Part shown: positions 51,556 through 63,799 of the stretch, in pieces
How the letters are laid out: every line of letters starts with the position of its first letter
How positions within the stretch are numbered: the first letter of the stretch is position 1
The notes under the pieces: generated by a model
The model's input: only the letters and a program-made list of their open reading frames with translations
The model's database searches: none
Told to the model about the DNA's origin: nothing
Origin: Felis catus
Taxonomy: Eukaryota
Reading direction: 5' to 3'
NCBI RefSeq assembly: GCF_018350175.1
Contig: NC_058368.1
Coordinates: 93,188,001-93,252,000, forward strand
Length of the DNA: 64,000 bases
Made by a program: the position numbers and the translations under genes

Positions 51556-52714
51556 AGGAATCTAGGGGGAAAGCTTCACATCCTAAGACAAACATAGTGC
51601 AGAGTTTTCATAGTGTGACTCAGTTTAATGAGTTAGAAAATGCTGCACTCTGAGTCAACGTGAAGGCAATATATTAACTAAAGCAACGTTGACTCCAGGT
51701 CCTGATCACCAAGAACAGAACTTGTAATACTTGCATTTTGATGGAAATCATGCCAAGGAGGTGACTGCCCCATAAGATCTACCTTCTAGGTTTTCTATGT
51801 AACTCTGGGAAAGTCTTTTAACATTTCTGCTCATTTGCAGAGTGACTTGTGACGAAGGTATTGCCTCCACTCACAAGCATGGTGTAAGGCTAAAGCAATA
51901 ACAATCTCAGTATTATATATGTACCAATGTGCACAATTAAATTTCGTACAACACTGCAAATCTCTCTCCACAGTTGGTACCTCAGCAATAAGCTTTGATA
52001 ATTGGCCCTAAGATGATCAAAACAGGGAGATTTAAATATTCTGGAATATTTGATTAGCCACACAGTGTTCAAAACAAGAAAGGAAGAGAGGGGACCGAAA
52101 GTAAGTAAATGAAAGCCTGGAAATAATGCTGCTGCTTTTGATTTTAAAATGCCATTTCTCAGCAAGAGTGTACTTAATTTTAAAAGTAGACTTATCCTGA
52201 GAGAAGCATGGACAGAGAGAAAATTGCACCTACCCTCCCTTCAAGTTTCAGTCTTACGTGATCTAGGCTCTCTTCAGTACAGCAGTTTCACACCCTTCCC
52301 ATAAACTGGTCGCCTGAACAAATTTCCGTTGTCCAGCCTTCCTCATATTGTAGTTTTCTGCATTTGCTAGTAGAGTCTTTCTCAGTAGAGCAAAGTTACT
52401 TGTTCTGGGAGGTCATGTTAATGGCTTGTTATTGATAATATTAAATCTAGTACATCCATTTCAGGCATTTCGGGGAAGACTGTCATGAAAGGGTAAAGTG
52501 GTATCTGAGAAAGAGTTTGGGGTATGACATCCATAGATGACATCGATCAGTTCATTCATGTGAGCAGTATATGTGTACTGATAACCTACTACAGGTCTAG
52601 CATTATCCTCAGCAATGGAAAATTAGGCAAGAACAGGATCCCTGACCACACAGAGCTGTCATTTTCCTGGAGGTAGATACGAAACTGATAGCAAACCAAA
52701 AACAGCAATTCATA

Positions 52715-52880
52715 AAATCTGAATAAGATTTGTTGATAAGATAATAGTACTATGTTAACGTCAATGTTTTGAGTTTTGATCACTGGACTATAGTTATGTC
52801 ATTGAAAGTCCTTATTTTTAGGAAATAAACACTGATGTATTTTGGGGTGCAAAAACAATGCCTGGAATTTCCTCTCATGT

Positions 52881-52918
<38 letters not shown>

Positions 52919-53040
52919 ATGTGTATTACTGCTTGAGAAAACCAGGTGAAGGATATATGACAATTCTTTTCATTCATTTTAGAAGTTTTCTGAGAAGTTT
53001 GAAATTATTTCAAAATTAAAAGTTCAGAAATATTTTTAAA
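52715..53040 (+). mobile_element. Old L1MC/L1ME 3'UTR fragment with (TG)n
   Basis: tctgaataag...ttttgatcactggactatagttatg...tttttaggaaataaacactga...gtttgaaattatttcaaaattaaaagtt. Confidence 0.65.
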
Positions 53041-53047
53041 AGGGAAA

Positions 53048-53209
53048 GGGGCTCCTGGGTGGCTCAGTTGGTTAAGCATGTGACTCTTGACTTTGGCTCA
53101 GGTCATGATCTCATGGTTCATGGGTTCAAGCCCCATGGCAGGCTCTGTGCTGACAGTGTGGAGCCTACTTGGGATTCTCTCCCTCCCTCTCTCTCTTTCC
53201 CTCCCTGGG

Positions 53210-53258
<49 letters not shown>

Positions 53259-53292
53259 TGCTCTCAAAATAAATAAATAAACTTTAAAAAAA
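53048..53292 (+). mobile_element. Can-SINE
   Basis: ggggctcctgggtggctcag head, (CT)n, aataaa tail. Confidence 0.92.
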
Positions 53293-53309
53293 GGTGTGTG
53301 TGGGGGGAG

Positions 53310-53611
53310 AAAGTGACAATGGGACACATATCCATCAGGTTGGCCAAAACCAAGAAGACTGAAAACAGCAAGCATAGACAGGTAGGTCAGGTAAATAGAA
53401 CTCCTTTTTGAAAAGATGTCTGGCAGCATGCACTAAAGCTGAATACACATGCCCACCCTATGAACTAACAATTCTACTTCCAGGTATATACACAACATAA
53501 ATGGTCCTAATCTGCTCACGAAATATATGTATAAAAATAATCAAAGCAGCACTTTTTATAATGGCCCCCAATTGGAAACAACCCCAATAAATCTCAACAT
53601 GGAAAGGGATT
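53310..53611 (+). mobile_element. Old L1ME-type fragment, the host of the young L1; continues at 59541-59682
   Basis: acaattctacttccaggtatatac, gcagcactttttataatggcccccaattggaaacaacc; the sequence rejoins after the TSD. Confidence 0.65.
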
Positions 53612-53843
53612 TTTTATTTTTTTAATATATGAAGTTTATTGTCAAATTGGCTTCCATACACACCCAGTGCTCAGCCCAAAAGGTGCCCTCCTCAATACCC
53701 ATCACCCACCCTCCCCTCCTTCCCACCCCCCATCAACCCGCAGTTCGTTCTCAGTTTTTAAGAGTCTCTTATGCTTTGGCTCTCTCACACTCTAACCTCC
53801 TTTTTTTTTCCTTCCCCTCCCCCATGGGTTCCTGTTAAGTTTC

Positions 53844-56800
53844 TCAGGATCCACTTAAGAGTGAAACCATGTGGTATCTGTCTTTCTCTGTATGGCTTAT
53901 TTCACTTAGCATCACACTCTCCAGTTCCATCCACGTTGCTACAAAGGGCCATATTTCATTCTTTCTCATTGCCACGTAGTATTCCATTGTGTATATAAAC
54001 CACAATTTCTTTACCCATTCATCAGTGGATGGACATTTAGGCTCTTTCCATAATTTGTCTATTGTTGAGAGTGCTGGTATAAACATTGGGGTACAAGTGC
54101 CCCTATGCATCAGTAGTTCTGTATCCCTTGGGTAAATTCCTAGCAGTGCTATTGCTGGGTCATAGGGTAGGTCTATTTTTAATTTTCTGAGGAACCTCCA
54201 CACTGCTTTCCAGAGCGGCTGCACCAATTTGCATTCCCACCAACAGTGCAAGAGGGTTCCTGTTTCTCCACATCCTCTCCAGCATCTATAGTCTCCTGAT
54301 TGGTTCATTTTAGCCACCCTGACTGACGAGAGGTGGTATCTGAGCATGGTTTTGATTTGTATTTCCCTGATGAGGAGCGACGTTGAGCATCTTTTCATGT
54401 GCCTGTTGGCCATCTGGATGTCTTCTTCAGAGAAGTGTCTATTCATGTTTTCTGCCCATTTCTTCACTGGGTTATTTGTTTTTCGGGTGTGGAGTTTGGT
54501 GAGCTCTTTATAGATTTTGGATACTAGCCCTTTGTCCGATATGTCATTTGCAAATATCTTTTCCCATTCCATTGGTTGCCTTTTAGTTTTGTTGGTTGTT
54601 TCCTTTGCTGTGCAGAAGCTTTTTATCTTCATAAGGTCCCAGTAGTTCATTTTTGCTTTTATTTCCCTTGCCTTTGGGGATGTGTCAAGTAAGAAATTGC
54701 TACGGCTGAGGTCAGAGAGGTCTTTTCCTGCTTTCTCCTCTAGGGTTTTGATGGTTTCCTGTCTCACATTCAGGTCCTTTATCCATTTTGAGTTCATTTT
54801 TGTGAATGGTGTGAGAAAGTGGTCTAGTTTCAACCTTCTGCATGTTGCTGTCCAGTTCTCCCAACACCATCTGTTAAAGAGACTGTCTTTTTTCCATTGG
54901 ATGTTCTTTCCTGCTTTGTCAAAGATGAGTTGGCCATACGTTTGTGGGTCTAGTTCTGGGGTTTCTATTCTATTCCATTGGTCTGTGTGTCTGTTTTTGT
55001 GCCAATACCATGTTGTCTTGATGATTACAGCTTTGTAGTAGAGGCTAAAGTCTGGGATTGTGATGCCTCCTGCTTTGGTCTTCTTCTTCAAAATTACCTT
55101 GACTATTCAGGACCTTTTGTGGTTCCATATGAATTTTAGGATTGCTTGTTCTAGTTTTGAGAACAATGCCGGTGCAATTTTGATTGGGATTGCATTGAAT
55201 GTGTAGATAGCTTTGGGTAGTATTGACATTTTGACAATATTTATTCTTCCAATCCATGAGCATGGAATGTTTTTCCATTTCTTTATATCTTCTTCAGTTA
55301 CCTTCATAAGCTTCCTATAGTTTTCAGCATACAGATCTTTTACATCTTTGGTTAGATTTATTCTTAGGTATTTTATACTTCTTGGTGCAATTGTGAATGG
55401 GATCAGTTTCTTTATTTGTCTTTCTGTTGCTTCCTTATTAGTGTATAAGAATGCAACTGATTTCTGGACATTGATTTTGTATCCTGCAACTTTGCTAAAT
55501 TCATGTATCATTTCTAGCATATTTTTGGTGAAGTCTATCAGATTTTCCATGTATAATATCATGTCATCTGCAAAAAGTAAAAGCTTAACTTCATCCTTGC
55601 CAATTTTGATGCCTTTGATTTCCTTTTGTTGTCTGATTGCTGATGCTAGAACTTCCAACACTATGTTAAACAACAGTGGTGAGAGTGGACATCCCTGTCG
55701 TGTTCCTGATCTCAGGGAAAAAGCTCTCAGTTTTTCCCCATTGAAGATGATGTTAGCTGTGGGCTTTTCATAAATGACTTTTATGATCTTTAGGTATGTT
55801 CCTTCTATCCCGACTTTCTCGAGGGTTTTTATTAAGAAACGTTGCTGAATTTTGTCAAAGGCCTTTTCTACATCGATTGACAGGATCATATGGTTCTTAT
55901 CTTTTCTTGTATTAATGTGATGTATCACGTTGATTGATTTGCGAATGTTGAACCAGCCCTGCATCCCAGGAATGAATCCCACTAGATCATGGTGAATAAT
56001 TCTTTTTATATGCTGTTGAATTCGATTTGCTAGTATCTTATTGAGAATTTTTGCATCTATATTCATCAGGGATATTGGCCTGTAATTCTCTTTTTTTACT
56101 GGGTCTCTGTCTGGTTTAGGAATCAAAGTAATACTGGCTTCATAGAATGAGTCTGGAAGTTTTCCTTCCCTTTCTATTTCTTGGAATAGCTTGAGAAGGA
56201 TAGGTATTATCTCTGCTTTAAACGTCTGGTAGAACTCCCCTGGGAAGCCATCTGGTCCTGGACTCTTCTTTGTTGGGAGATTTTTGATAACCGATTCAAT
56301 TTCTTCGCTGGTTATGGGTCTGTTCAAGCTTTCTATTTCCTCCTGATTGAGTTTTGGAAGAGTGTGGGTGTTCAGGAATTTGTCCATTTCTTCCAGGTTG
56401 TCCAATTTGTTGGCATATAATTTTTCATAGTATTCCCTGATAATTGTTTGTATCTCTGAGGGATTGGTTGTATTAATTCCATTTTCATTCATGATTTTAT
56501 CTATTTGGGTCATCTCCCTTTTCTTTTTGAGAAGCCTGGCTAGAGGTTTGTCAATTTTGTTTATTTTTTCAAAAAACCAACTCTTGGTTTCGTTGATCTG
56601 CTCTACAGTTTTTTTAGATTCTATATTGTTTATTTCTGCTCCGATCTTTATTATTTCTCTTCTTCTGCTGGGTTTAGGCTGCCTTTGCTGTTCTGCTTCT
56701 AGTTCCTTTAGGTGTGCTGTTAGATTTTGTATTGGGGATTTTTCTTGTTTCTTGAGATAGGCCTGGATTGCAATGTATTTTGCTCTCAGGACTGCCTTCG

Positions 56801-57667
56801 CTGCGTCCCAAAGCATTTGGATTGTTGTATTTTCATTTTGTTTGTTTCCATATATTTTTAAATTTCTTCTCTAATTGCCTGGTTGACCCACTCATTCGTT
56901 AGTAGGGTGTTCTTTAACCTCCATGCTTTTGGAGGTTTTCCAGACTTTTTTCTGTGGTTGATTTCAAGCTTCATAGCATTGTGGTCTGAAAGTATGCATG
57001 GTATAATTTCAATTCTTGTAAACTTATGAAGGGCTGTTTTGTGACCCAGTATATGATCTATCTTGGAGAATGTTCCATGTGCACTCGAGAAGAAAGTATA
57101 TTCTGTTGCTTTGGGATGCAGCGTTCTAAATATATCTGTCAAGTCCATCTGATCCAATGTCTCATTCAGGGCCCTTGTTTCTTTATTGACCGTGTGTCTA
57201 GATGATCTATCCATTTCTGTAAGTGGGGTGTTAAAGTTACCTGCAATTACCACATTCTTATCAATAAGGTTGCTTATGTTTATGAGTAATTGTTTTATAT
57301 ATTTGGGGGCTCTGGTATTCGGCGCATAGACATTTATAATTGTTAGCTCTTCCTGATGGATAGACCCTGTAACTATTATATGATGTCCTTCTTCATCTCT
57401 TGTTACAGCCTTTAATTTAAAGTCTAGTTTGTCTGATATAAGTATGGCTACTCCAGCTTTCTTTTGGCTTCCAGTAGCATGATAAATAGTTCTCCATCCC
57501 CTCACTCTCAATCTAAAGGTGTCCTCAGATCTAAAATGATTCTCTTGTAGACAGCAAATAGATGGGTCTTGTTTTTTTATCCATTCTGATACCCTATGTC
57601 TTTTGGTTGGCGCATTTAATCCATTTACATTCAGTGTTATTATAGAAAGATACGGGTTTAGAGTCAT
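53844..57667 (-). pseudogene. L1 ORF2 (EN-RT-CCHC), 1274 aa when repaired; two nonsense codons and one -1 frameshift
   Basis: ORF pieces 56858-57667, 55107-56816 and 53844-55091; motifs LNVNGLN, SDHN, FADD and CWRGC...HCWWEC; span 3824 nt = 3825-1. Confidence 0.95.
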
Positions 57668-57717
57668 TGTGATGTCTGTATGTTTTATGCTTGTAGTGAT
57701 GTCTCTGGGACTTTGTC

Positions 57718-58612
57718 TCACAGGGTCCCCCTTAGGATCTCTTGTAGGGCTGGTTTAGTGGTGACAAATTCCTTCAGTTTTTGTTTGTTTGGGAAAACCT
57801 TTATCTCTCCTTCTATTCTAAATGACAGACTTGCTGGATAAAGGATTCTTGGCTGCATATTTTTTCTGTCTAGCACCCTGAAAATCTCGTGCCAATTCTT
57901 TCTGGCCTGCCAAGTTTCAAAAGAGAGATCAGTCACGAGTCTTATAGGTCTCCTTTTATATGTGAGGGCACGTTTACCCCTTGCTGCTTTCAGAATTTTC
58001 TCTTTATCCTTGTATTTTGCCAGTTTCACTATGATATGTCGTGCAGAAGATCGATTCAAGTTATGTCTGAAGGGAGTTCTCTGTGCCTCTTGGATTTCAA
58101 TGCCTTTTTCCTTCCCCAGATGAGGGAAGTTCTCAGCTATTATTTCTTCAAGTACACCTTCAGCACCTTTCCCTCTCTCTTCCTCCTCTGGAATACCAGT
58201 TATGTGTATATTATTTCTTTTTAGTGCATCACTTAGTTCTCTAATTTTCCCCTCATACTCCTGGATTTTTTTTATCTCTCTTTTTCTCACCTTCTTCTTT
58301 TCCCATAATTTTATCTTCTAGTTCAGCTAATCTCTCCTCTGCCTCTTCAATCCGAGCCATAGTTGTCTCCATTTTATTTTGCAGGTCATTGATAGCATTT
58401 TTCAGCTCCTCCTGGCTGTTTCTTAGTCCCTTGATCTCTGTAGTAATAGATTCTCTGCTGTCCTTTATACTGTTTTCAACCCCAGTGATTAATTTTATGA
58501 CTATTATTCTAAATTCACTTTCTGTTATATTGTTTAAATTGTTTTTGATCAGTTTGTTAGCTGTTGTTATTTCCTGGATGTTTTTTTGAGGGGAATTCTT
58601 CCGTTTTGTCAT
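57718..58612 (-). pseudogene. L1 ORF1 (coiled coil-RRM-CTD) with one +1 frameshift
   Basis: MTKRKNSPQK... then ...KIQEYEGKIRELSD...ENFP...YPASLSF...KPALQEILRGTL; extra A in the 8-base run at 58266-58273. Confidence 0.93.
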
Positions 58613-59540
58613 TTTGGATAGTCCCTGGAGTGGTGCGGGACTGCAGGGCCCTTCCCCTGTGCTGTCTTGAATAACTTGCATTGTTGGGCGGGACCGTAGT
58701 CAGACCTGATGTCTGCCTCCAGCCCACCGCTGGGGCCACAGTCAGACTGGTGTGTGCCTTCTCTTCCCCTTTCCTAGGGGCGGGATTCACTGTAGGGCGG
58801 GCGTGGCCCATCTGGGCTACTTGCACACTGCCAGGCTCGTGGTGCAGGGGATCTGGCGTATTAGCTAGGGTGGATCGGCAAGGTGCACAGGTGTGGGAGG
58901 GGTAGGCTCAGCTCGCTTTTCCTACAGAGATCTGCTTCAGGAGGGGCCCTGTGGCACCGGGAGGGAGTCAGACCCACCGGAGGGATGGATCCGCAGAAGC
59001 ACAGTGTTGGGTGTTTGCGCAGTGCAAGCAAGTTCCCTGGCAGGAACTGGTTCCCTTTGGGATTTTGGCTGGGGAATGGGCGCAGGAGATGGCACTGGCA
59101 AATGCCTTTGTTCCCCGCCAAGCTGAGCTCTGTCGTCCGGGACTCAACAACTCTCCCTCCCGTTGTCCTCCAGCCCTCCCGTTCTCTGAGCCGAGCTATA
59201 AGCTTATAACCTTCCAGATGTCAAGTCCCGCTCGCTGTCAGAACACACTCCATCGGGCCCCTCCGCTTTTGCCAGCCAGACTCGGGGGCTCTGCTTGGCC
59301 GGCAGGCCACCCCTCTGCCCCGGCTCCCTCCCGCCAGTCCGTGGAACGTGCACCACCTCTCCGCCCTTCCTACCCTCTTCCGTGGGCCTCTCGTCTGCGC
59401 TTGGCTCCAGAGACTCCATTCTGCTAGTCTTCTGGAGGTTTTCTGGGTTATTTAGGCAGGTGTAGGTGGAATCTAAGTGATCAGCAGGACGCGCAGTGAG
59501 CCCAGCATCCTCCTACGCCACCATCTTCCCAGGATCCTCC
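58613..59540 (-). promoter_or_regulatory. L1 5'UTR internal Pol II promoter, CpG-rich
   Basis: GC- and CpG-rich segment upstream of ORF1; YY1-like aagatgg close to the 5' end. Confidence 0.75.
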
Positions 59541-59682
59541 AGGGATTAATTAATTAAGCTATGCTCATAGCTCACAAGGTGAATGCTTTAAAACTATACA
59601 GGTGAGCCCACAAACAATGTTTAATGAAAGAAATTATAAACAAAATAACACGTATTACATGATTCCATTAACATAAAGTTCA

Positions 59683-59892
59683 GAGGTGCCTGGGTGGCTC
59701 AGGTGGTTAAATGTCTCTTGATTTCCGTTCAAGTCATGATCTCATAGTTCAAGCTCCGTGTCAGGCTCTGCGTTGACAGCTCAGAGCCCGCTTGGGATTC
59801 TCTGTCTATCCCTCTCTGCCCCTCCTCCATTTGCGCTTTCCCCCCCTCTCTCAAAATCAATCAATAAACATTAAACAATTATTAATTTAGAA
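59683..59892 (+). mobile_element. Can-SINE
   Basis: gaggtgcctgggtggctcag head, CT segment, tail. Confidence 0.9.
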
Positions 59893-59902
59893 AAACCATA
59901 TA

Positions 59903-60161
59903 GGGGTGCCTTGGTGGCTCAGTCAGTTAAGCATCCAACTTCAGCTCAGGTCATGATCTCACAGTTCATGCATTCAGGCCCCACATCAGTCTCTGTGCTG
60001 ATAGCTCAGAGTCTGGAGCCTGCTTCAGATTCTGTGTCTCCCTCTCTCTCTCTCTGCCCATCCCCTGATCATGCTCTGTCTCTTTCTCTCTCACAAATAA
60101 ATAGTAAAAATAGAATAGAATAGAATAGAATAAAATAAAATAAAATAAAATAAAATAAAAT
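59903..60161 (+). mobile_element. Can-SINE (feliform type) with an (AATAG)n(AATAA)n tail
   Basis: ggggtgccttggtggctcag head; pentanucleotide tail 60107-60163. Confidence 0.92.
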
Positions 60162-60379
60162 AAACCGCACAAAGTTCAAAAACAGGAAAAGTGACCCACA
60201 TCAGTAGACCAGAAAGGGAACAAAAGGAAATAGTATGCTTTTGGGTCCAAATGCTGGTCACATACCTGTGCTCAGTTTGTGGAAATTCATTAAGCTGTAC
60301 ACATATTCACACGTTACTATTTACTCTTTAAGTAGAAGAAGTTAACACGTGCGCATCCTTAGACAAAATAAAGTTTCAA

Positions 60380-61565
60380 ACAAAACCTCACTTTACATAA
60401 AAATTAACTCAAAATGGGTAATAGACCTAAATGTAAAACTATAAAGTATTGCAGAGAAACAAAGGAGAAGTCTACAGGACATGGTCTGGGCGGGGGTAGA
60501 AAACAGTTCTTAGCTTGCCACCAAAAGAATGACCCCTACAAGGAAACATTGCTAAGTTGGATCTCATCCAAATGTAAAAGCTGTTCCACCAAAGAGTCTG
60601 CCAAGAGAATGGAAAGACTATGAGAATGTGTTTGCAAACCACACATCCAACCAAGGACTTGTATCTAGAATGAAGGACTCCCAGAACTCAACAGTAAAAT
60701 CCAGAAAATTCAATTGGAAAAAGGATAAAAAGGGGTGCCTGCGTGGCTCAGTTGGTTAAGCATCTGTTTTCGGCTCAGGTCATGATCTCATGGTCCATGG
60801 GTTCAAGCCCTGCATCCAGCTCTGTGCTGACAGCTCGGAGCCTGGATCCTGCTTCGGATTCTGTCTCTCCTTTTCTCTTTGCCCCTCCCTCACTCATGCT
60901 GTGTCTCTGTCTCTCAAAAACAAATAAATGCTAATTTTTTTTAAAATAAGGAAAGAAAAAGGACAAAAGACACAAATAGGCATTTCATTGAAGATGGTGC
61001 ATAGACGACAAGTCTATGAAGAGATGTTCAAAATCATTAGCTAATAGGGAAATGCAAAGGAAAACCCTAATACTATCTCACTGTATATACATATTAGAAT
61101 GGCTAAGATACAGAAGTAACACCAAATGTTGGCAAGAATGTGGAGGAACTGAATCATTCATACACTGCTGGTGGGAATGCAAAATGGCAAAACCACACTA
61201 AAAGAGAGTATGGCACTTTCTTATAAAACTGAACGTGTCCTTGCCATAGAACGCAGTAACTGCACTCTGTGAATCTATACGAGAGCCATGAAACATACGT
61301 TTGCAGAAAATCCTGTACATATATGCCCATAACAGCTGTATTCACTACTGCCCCACAATGGACACAACTCACCTTTAATAGGTGAATGGAACAGTCCTCA
61401 ATAAAGGGGAACTATTGATAAACACAATAACCTGAATGAGTCATAAGGGAAAAATGCTGAACGGCTGAAATAAGCCAATCTCCAGAAGTCATATATTGTG
61501 TGATTCCATTTACATCACATTCTGAAAGTAACAAAATCATAGAGATGGTGGTGGTGGTTACCTGC
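60380..61565 (+). mobile_element. Old L1M ORF2-end/3'UTR fragment split by a SINE
   Basis: aaaaattaactcaaaatgg...gacctaaatgtaaaac; catacactgctggtgggaatgcaaaatgg. Confidence 0.8.
60732..60955 (+). mobile_element. Can-SINE (feliform type)
   Basis: TSD aaaaggataaaa / aaaaggacaaaa. Confidence 0.92.
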
Positions 61566-62397
61566 AGTTACAGAACACCAACAAAAGCTTCTAACATGGG
61601 GTGGGGGAGGGGAGTGTCTTTTTAAAAAGAATTTTGAAATTGATTAACAGAATTTCTCCAAGTTACACTAGAAGCAAGAATTTGCCTAGTTCTGAAGGAG
61701 AATAATTTTGATTCTAGAATTTCATGCCAAGTACAGAACTATTCAGTTCTGAGGACAAAATAAAGACTTTCACATATAAAGAACAGAAAAAAAATTGCCT
61801 GCCGGGAATCTCACACACAGTTTTAGGATGTAAAATTTTGCTTTGTGTATCTGAGAGTTGATCTACAGAATTGGTTGATAGTGTACTGTCTAGTCACTAC
61901 CACGATTACTAGGAGAAAGAAAGAATAAATTTAGAAGGATGAACTTAGGTGAAAAAAAGTGTGTACTTATTATTGTTTAAAGAGTTTATTTGTAAATAAG
62001 AATAACCACACCCTGAAGTAAAACTTCCCAAGGATATTAAAATAGTAGATGAACTGGAGGGAAGGGATCCATAAGGAAGTCAAGTCTTGGCTTCACTGGA
62101 GGAGACAAATATTCTAGATGCTGATAAAAATCAGGTTTATTTAGCTATGCTTTAATAACATTCAAATGTATACTTCATGAAAGCACAATCCCATCTCTCT
62201 TATTTGCCACAGAATACCATGGCCCAGAATACCACTGGCACTTCAGATTCAGTGAATAAATAATGAGTAAATAAATGGGTGACTAAATGAATGGATAAAT
62301 TCATTCATTCCAGGATAACTCTTCATTGGTTGAAATTATTCTAATCATCAGTAATCAGAATAAATGCCAGTGAGTTTGAATCTCCACTACATCTATA

Positions 62398-62968
62398 CAC
62401 TTGATGCTTGAACAACACAGGTTTGAACTATACTGGTTCACTTATATGTGGATTTTTTTCAATAAATACAGTATGGTATGGTAAACATATTTTCTCATCC
62501 TTATGGTTTTCTAAAAAAAATTTTTTCTCTTGCTTATTTTATTGTAAGAATACAGAATATAATACATATACAAAATATGTGTTAATCAACTTTATCACTC
62601 AGGCTTCTGGTCAACCCTAGGCTCTTAGGAATTAAATGTTTTTTAAGTGTTATTTATTTTTTTATTTAAATTTTTTAATATTAAATTTATTGTCAAATTG
62701 GTTTCCATACAACACCCAGTGCTCATCCCAACAGGGGCCCTCCTCAATGCCCATCACCCACTTTCCCCTTCCCTCTCACTCCCCATCAACCCTCAGTTTA
62801 TTCTCAGTTTTTAAGAGTTTCTTATGGTTTGCCTCCCTCTCTCTCTAACTTTTGTTCCCCTTTCCCCTCCCCCATGGTCTTCTGTTAAGTTTTGAGGATT
62901 CGAAAGTTATACACGGATTGTGTGGAAGGTCAGTACCCCTCACCATTGAGTTATTCAAGGGTCAATGG
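62398..62968. mobile_element. TcMar-Tigger MITE (Tigger2a-like) split by an L1 fragment
   Basis: TA on both flanks; TIRs cacttgatgcttgaacaac / gttattcaagggtcaatgg. Confidence 0.8.
62640..62892 (-). mobile_element. Short 5'-truncated felid L1 (3'UTR only)
   Basis: Closely matches 53612-53842 (tttattgtcaaattgg...cacccagtgctca...ctgttaagttt). Confidence 0.9.
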
Positions 62969-63457
62969 TACTTAACATTCAAATGAATTCTAAGTACCAT
63001 TTTGTAAGCACTTTATAATTACACAGTCTACTATAATCCTCACATCAACCTTGTGGAATCCTTGGTAAGTATATTAATGCACTCTAAGTATATTAGGAGT
63101 ATTTGGTGCATATAAATAAAGTGAGGCTCAAAAAAACTTAATTTGTACAAGATCTGAGAGCTTGGAAAAGAGTGAAAATACACATCTAGTAAATGTACCT
63201 TTAGAGCACATGTTCTATAAAAAGATATTCTGATCGCTGAGAGGGAATTAAATTTATTAAAAGATATAACAGTCATGAATCTTTCCATGCTTAACAACAG
63301 ATTTGAAATAAAGAGAAGAACTAGAAACTAGATAAAACTAGTTAACTGATAAAAAAATACTCGAGAATGTGACAAATCCACATACACTACTCAGAAACCC
63401 ATGCATCAAGAAACAACCAAGACAATAAAGGTTTTCAGTAAGACAAGTTATAAGTTT

Positions 63458-63667
63458 GGGGAGTCTCGGTGGCTTAGTCAGTTAAGCATCTAACTTAGGC
63501 TCAGGTCATCACCTTGCAGTTTATGGGCTTGAGCCCTGATTTGGGCTCTCTGCTGTCAGCACAGAGCCAACTTCAGATCCTGTCTCCCTCTCTCTCTCTC
63601 TGCCCCTCCCCTGCCTTGCACATGTGCATGCACTCTCTCAAAAATAAATAAACTTAAAAAAATTTTA
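63458..63667 (+). mobile_element. Can-SINE
   Basis: TSD aagacaagttat/caagt on both sides. Confidence 0.9.
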
Positions 63668-63799
63668 AAGACAAGTTACAAGTCTAGTATTTTAAAGATT
63701 TGGCAGACCATGTCCTTACAAATGTCTGATCTTGGTACATTTTTGGGGGGAGGGGTTAGAAATTTGACTATCCTTTGCATAAATTTTAAAATTGCTGGT

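Larger units (their letters stand above)
53612..59540 (-). mobile_element. Young full-length felid LINE-1 (~5.93 kb)
   Basis: TSD agggatt at 53605-53611 and 59541-59547; CpG-rich 5'UTR; ORF1; ORF2; 3'UTR; short A-tail. Confidence 0.97.

Noticed and set aside
54682..58589. Plus-strand ORFs of 66-141 aa overlapping the young L1
   Set aside because: Generic antisense frames of L1 ORF1/ORF2 seen in any intact copy
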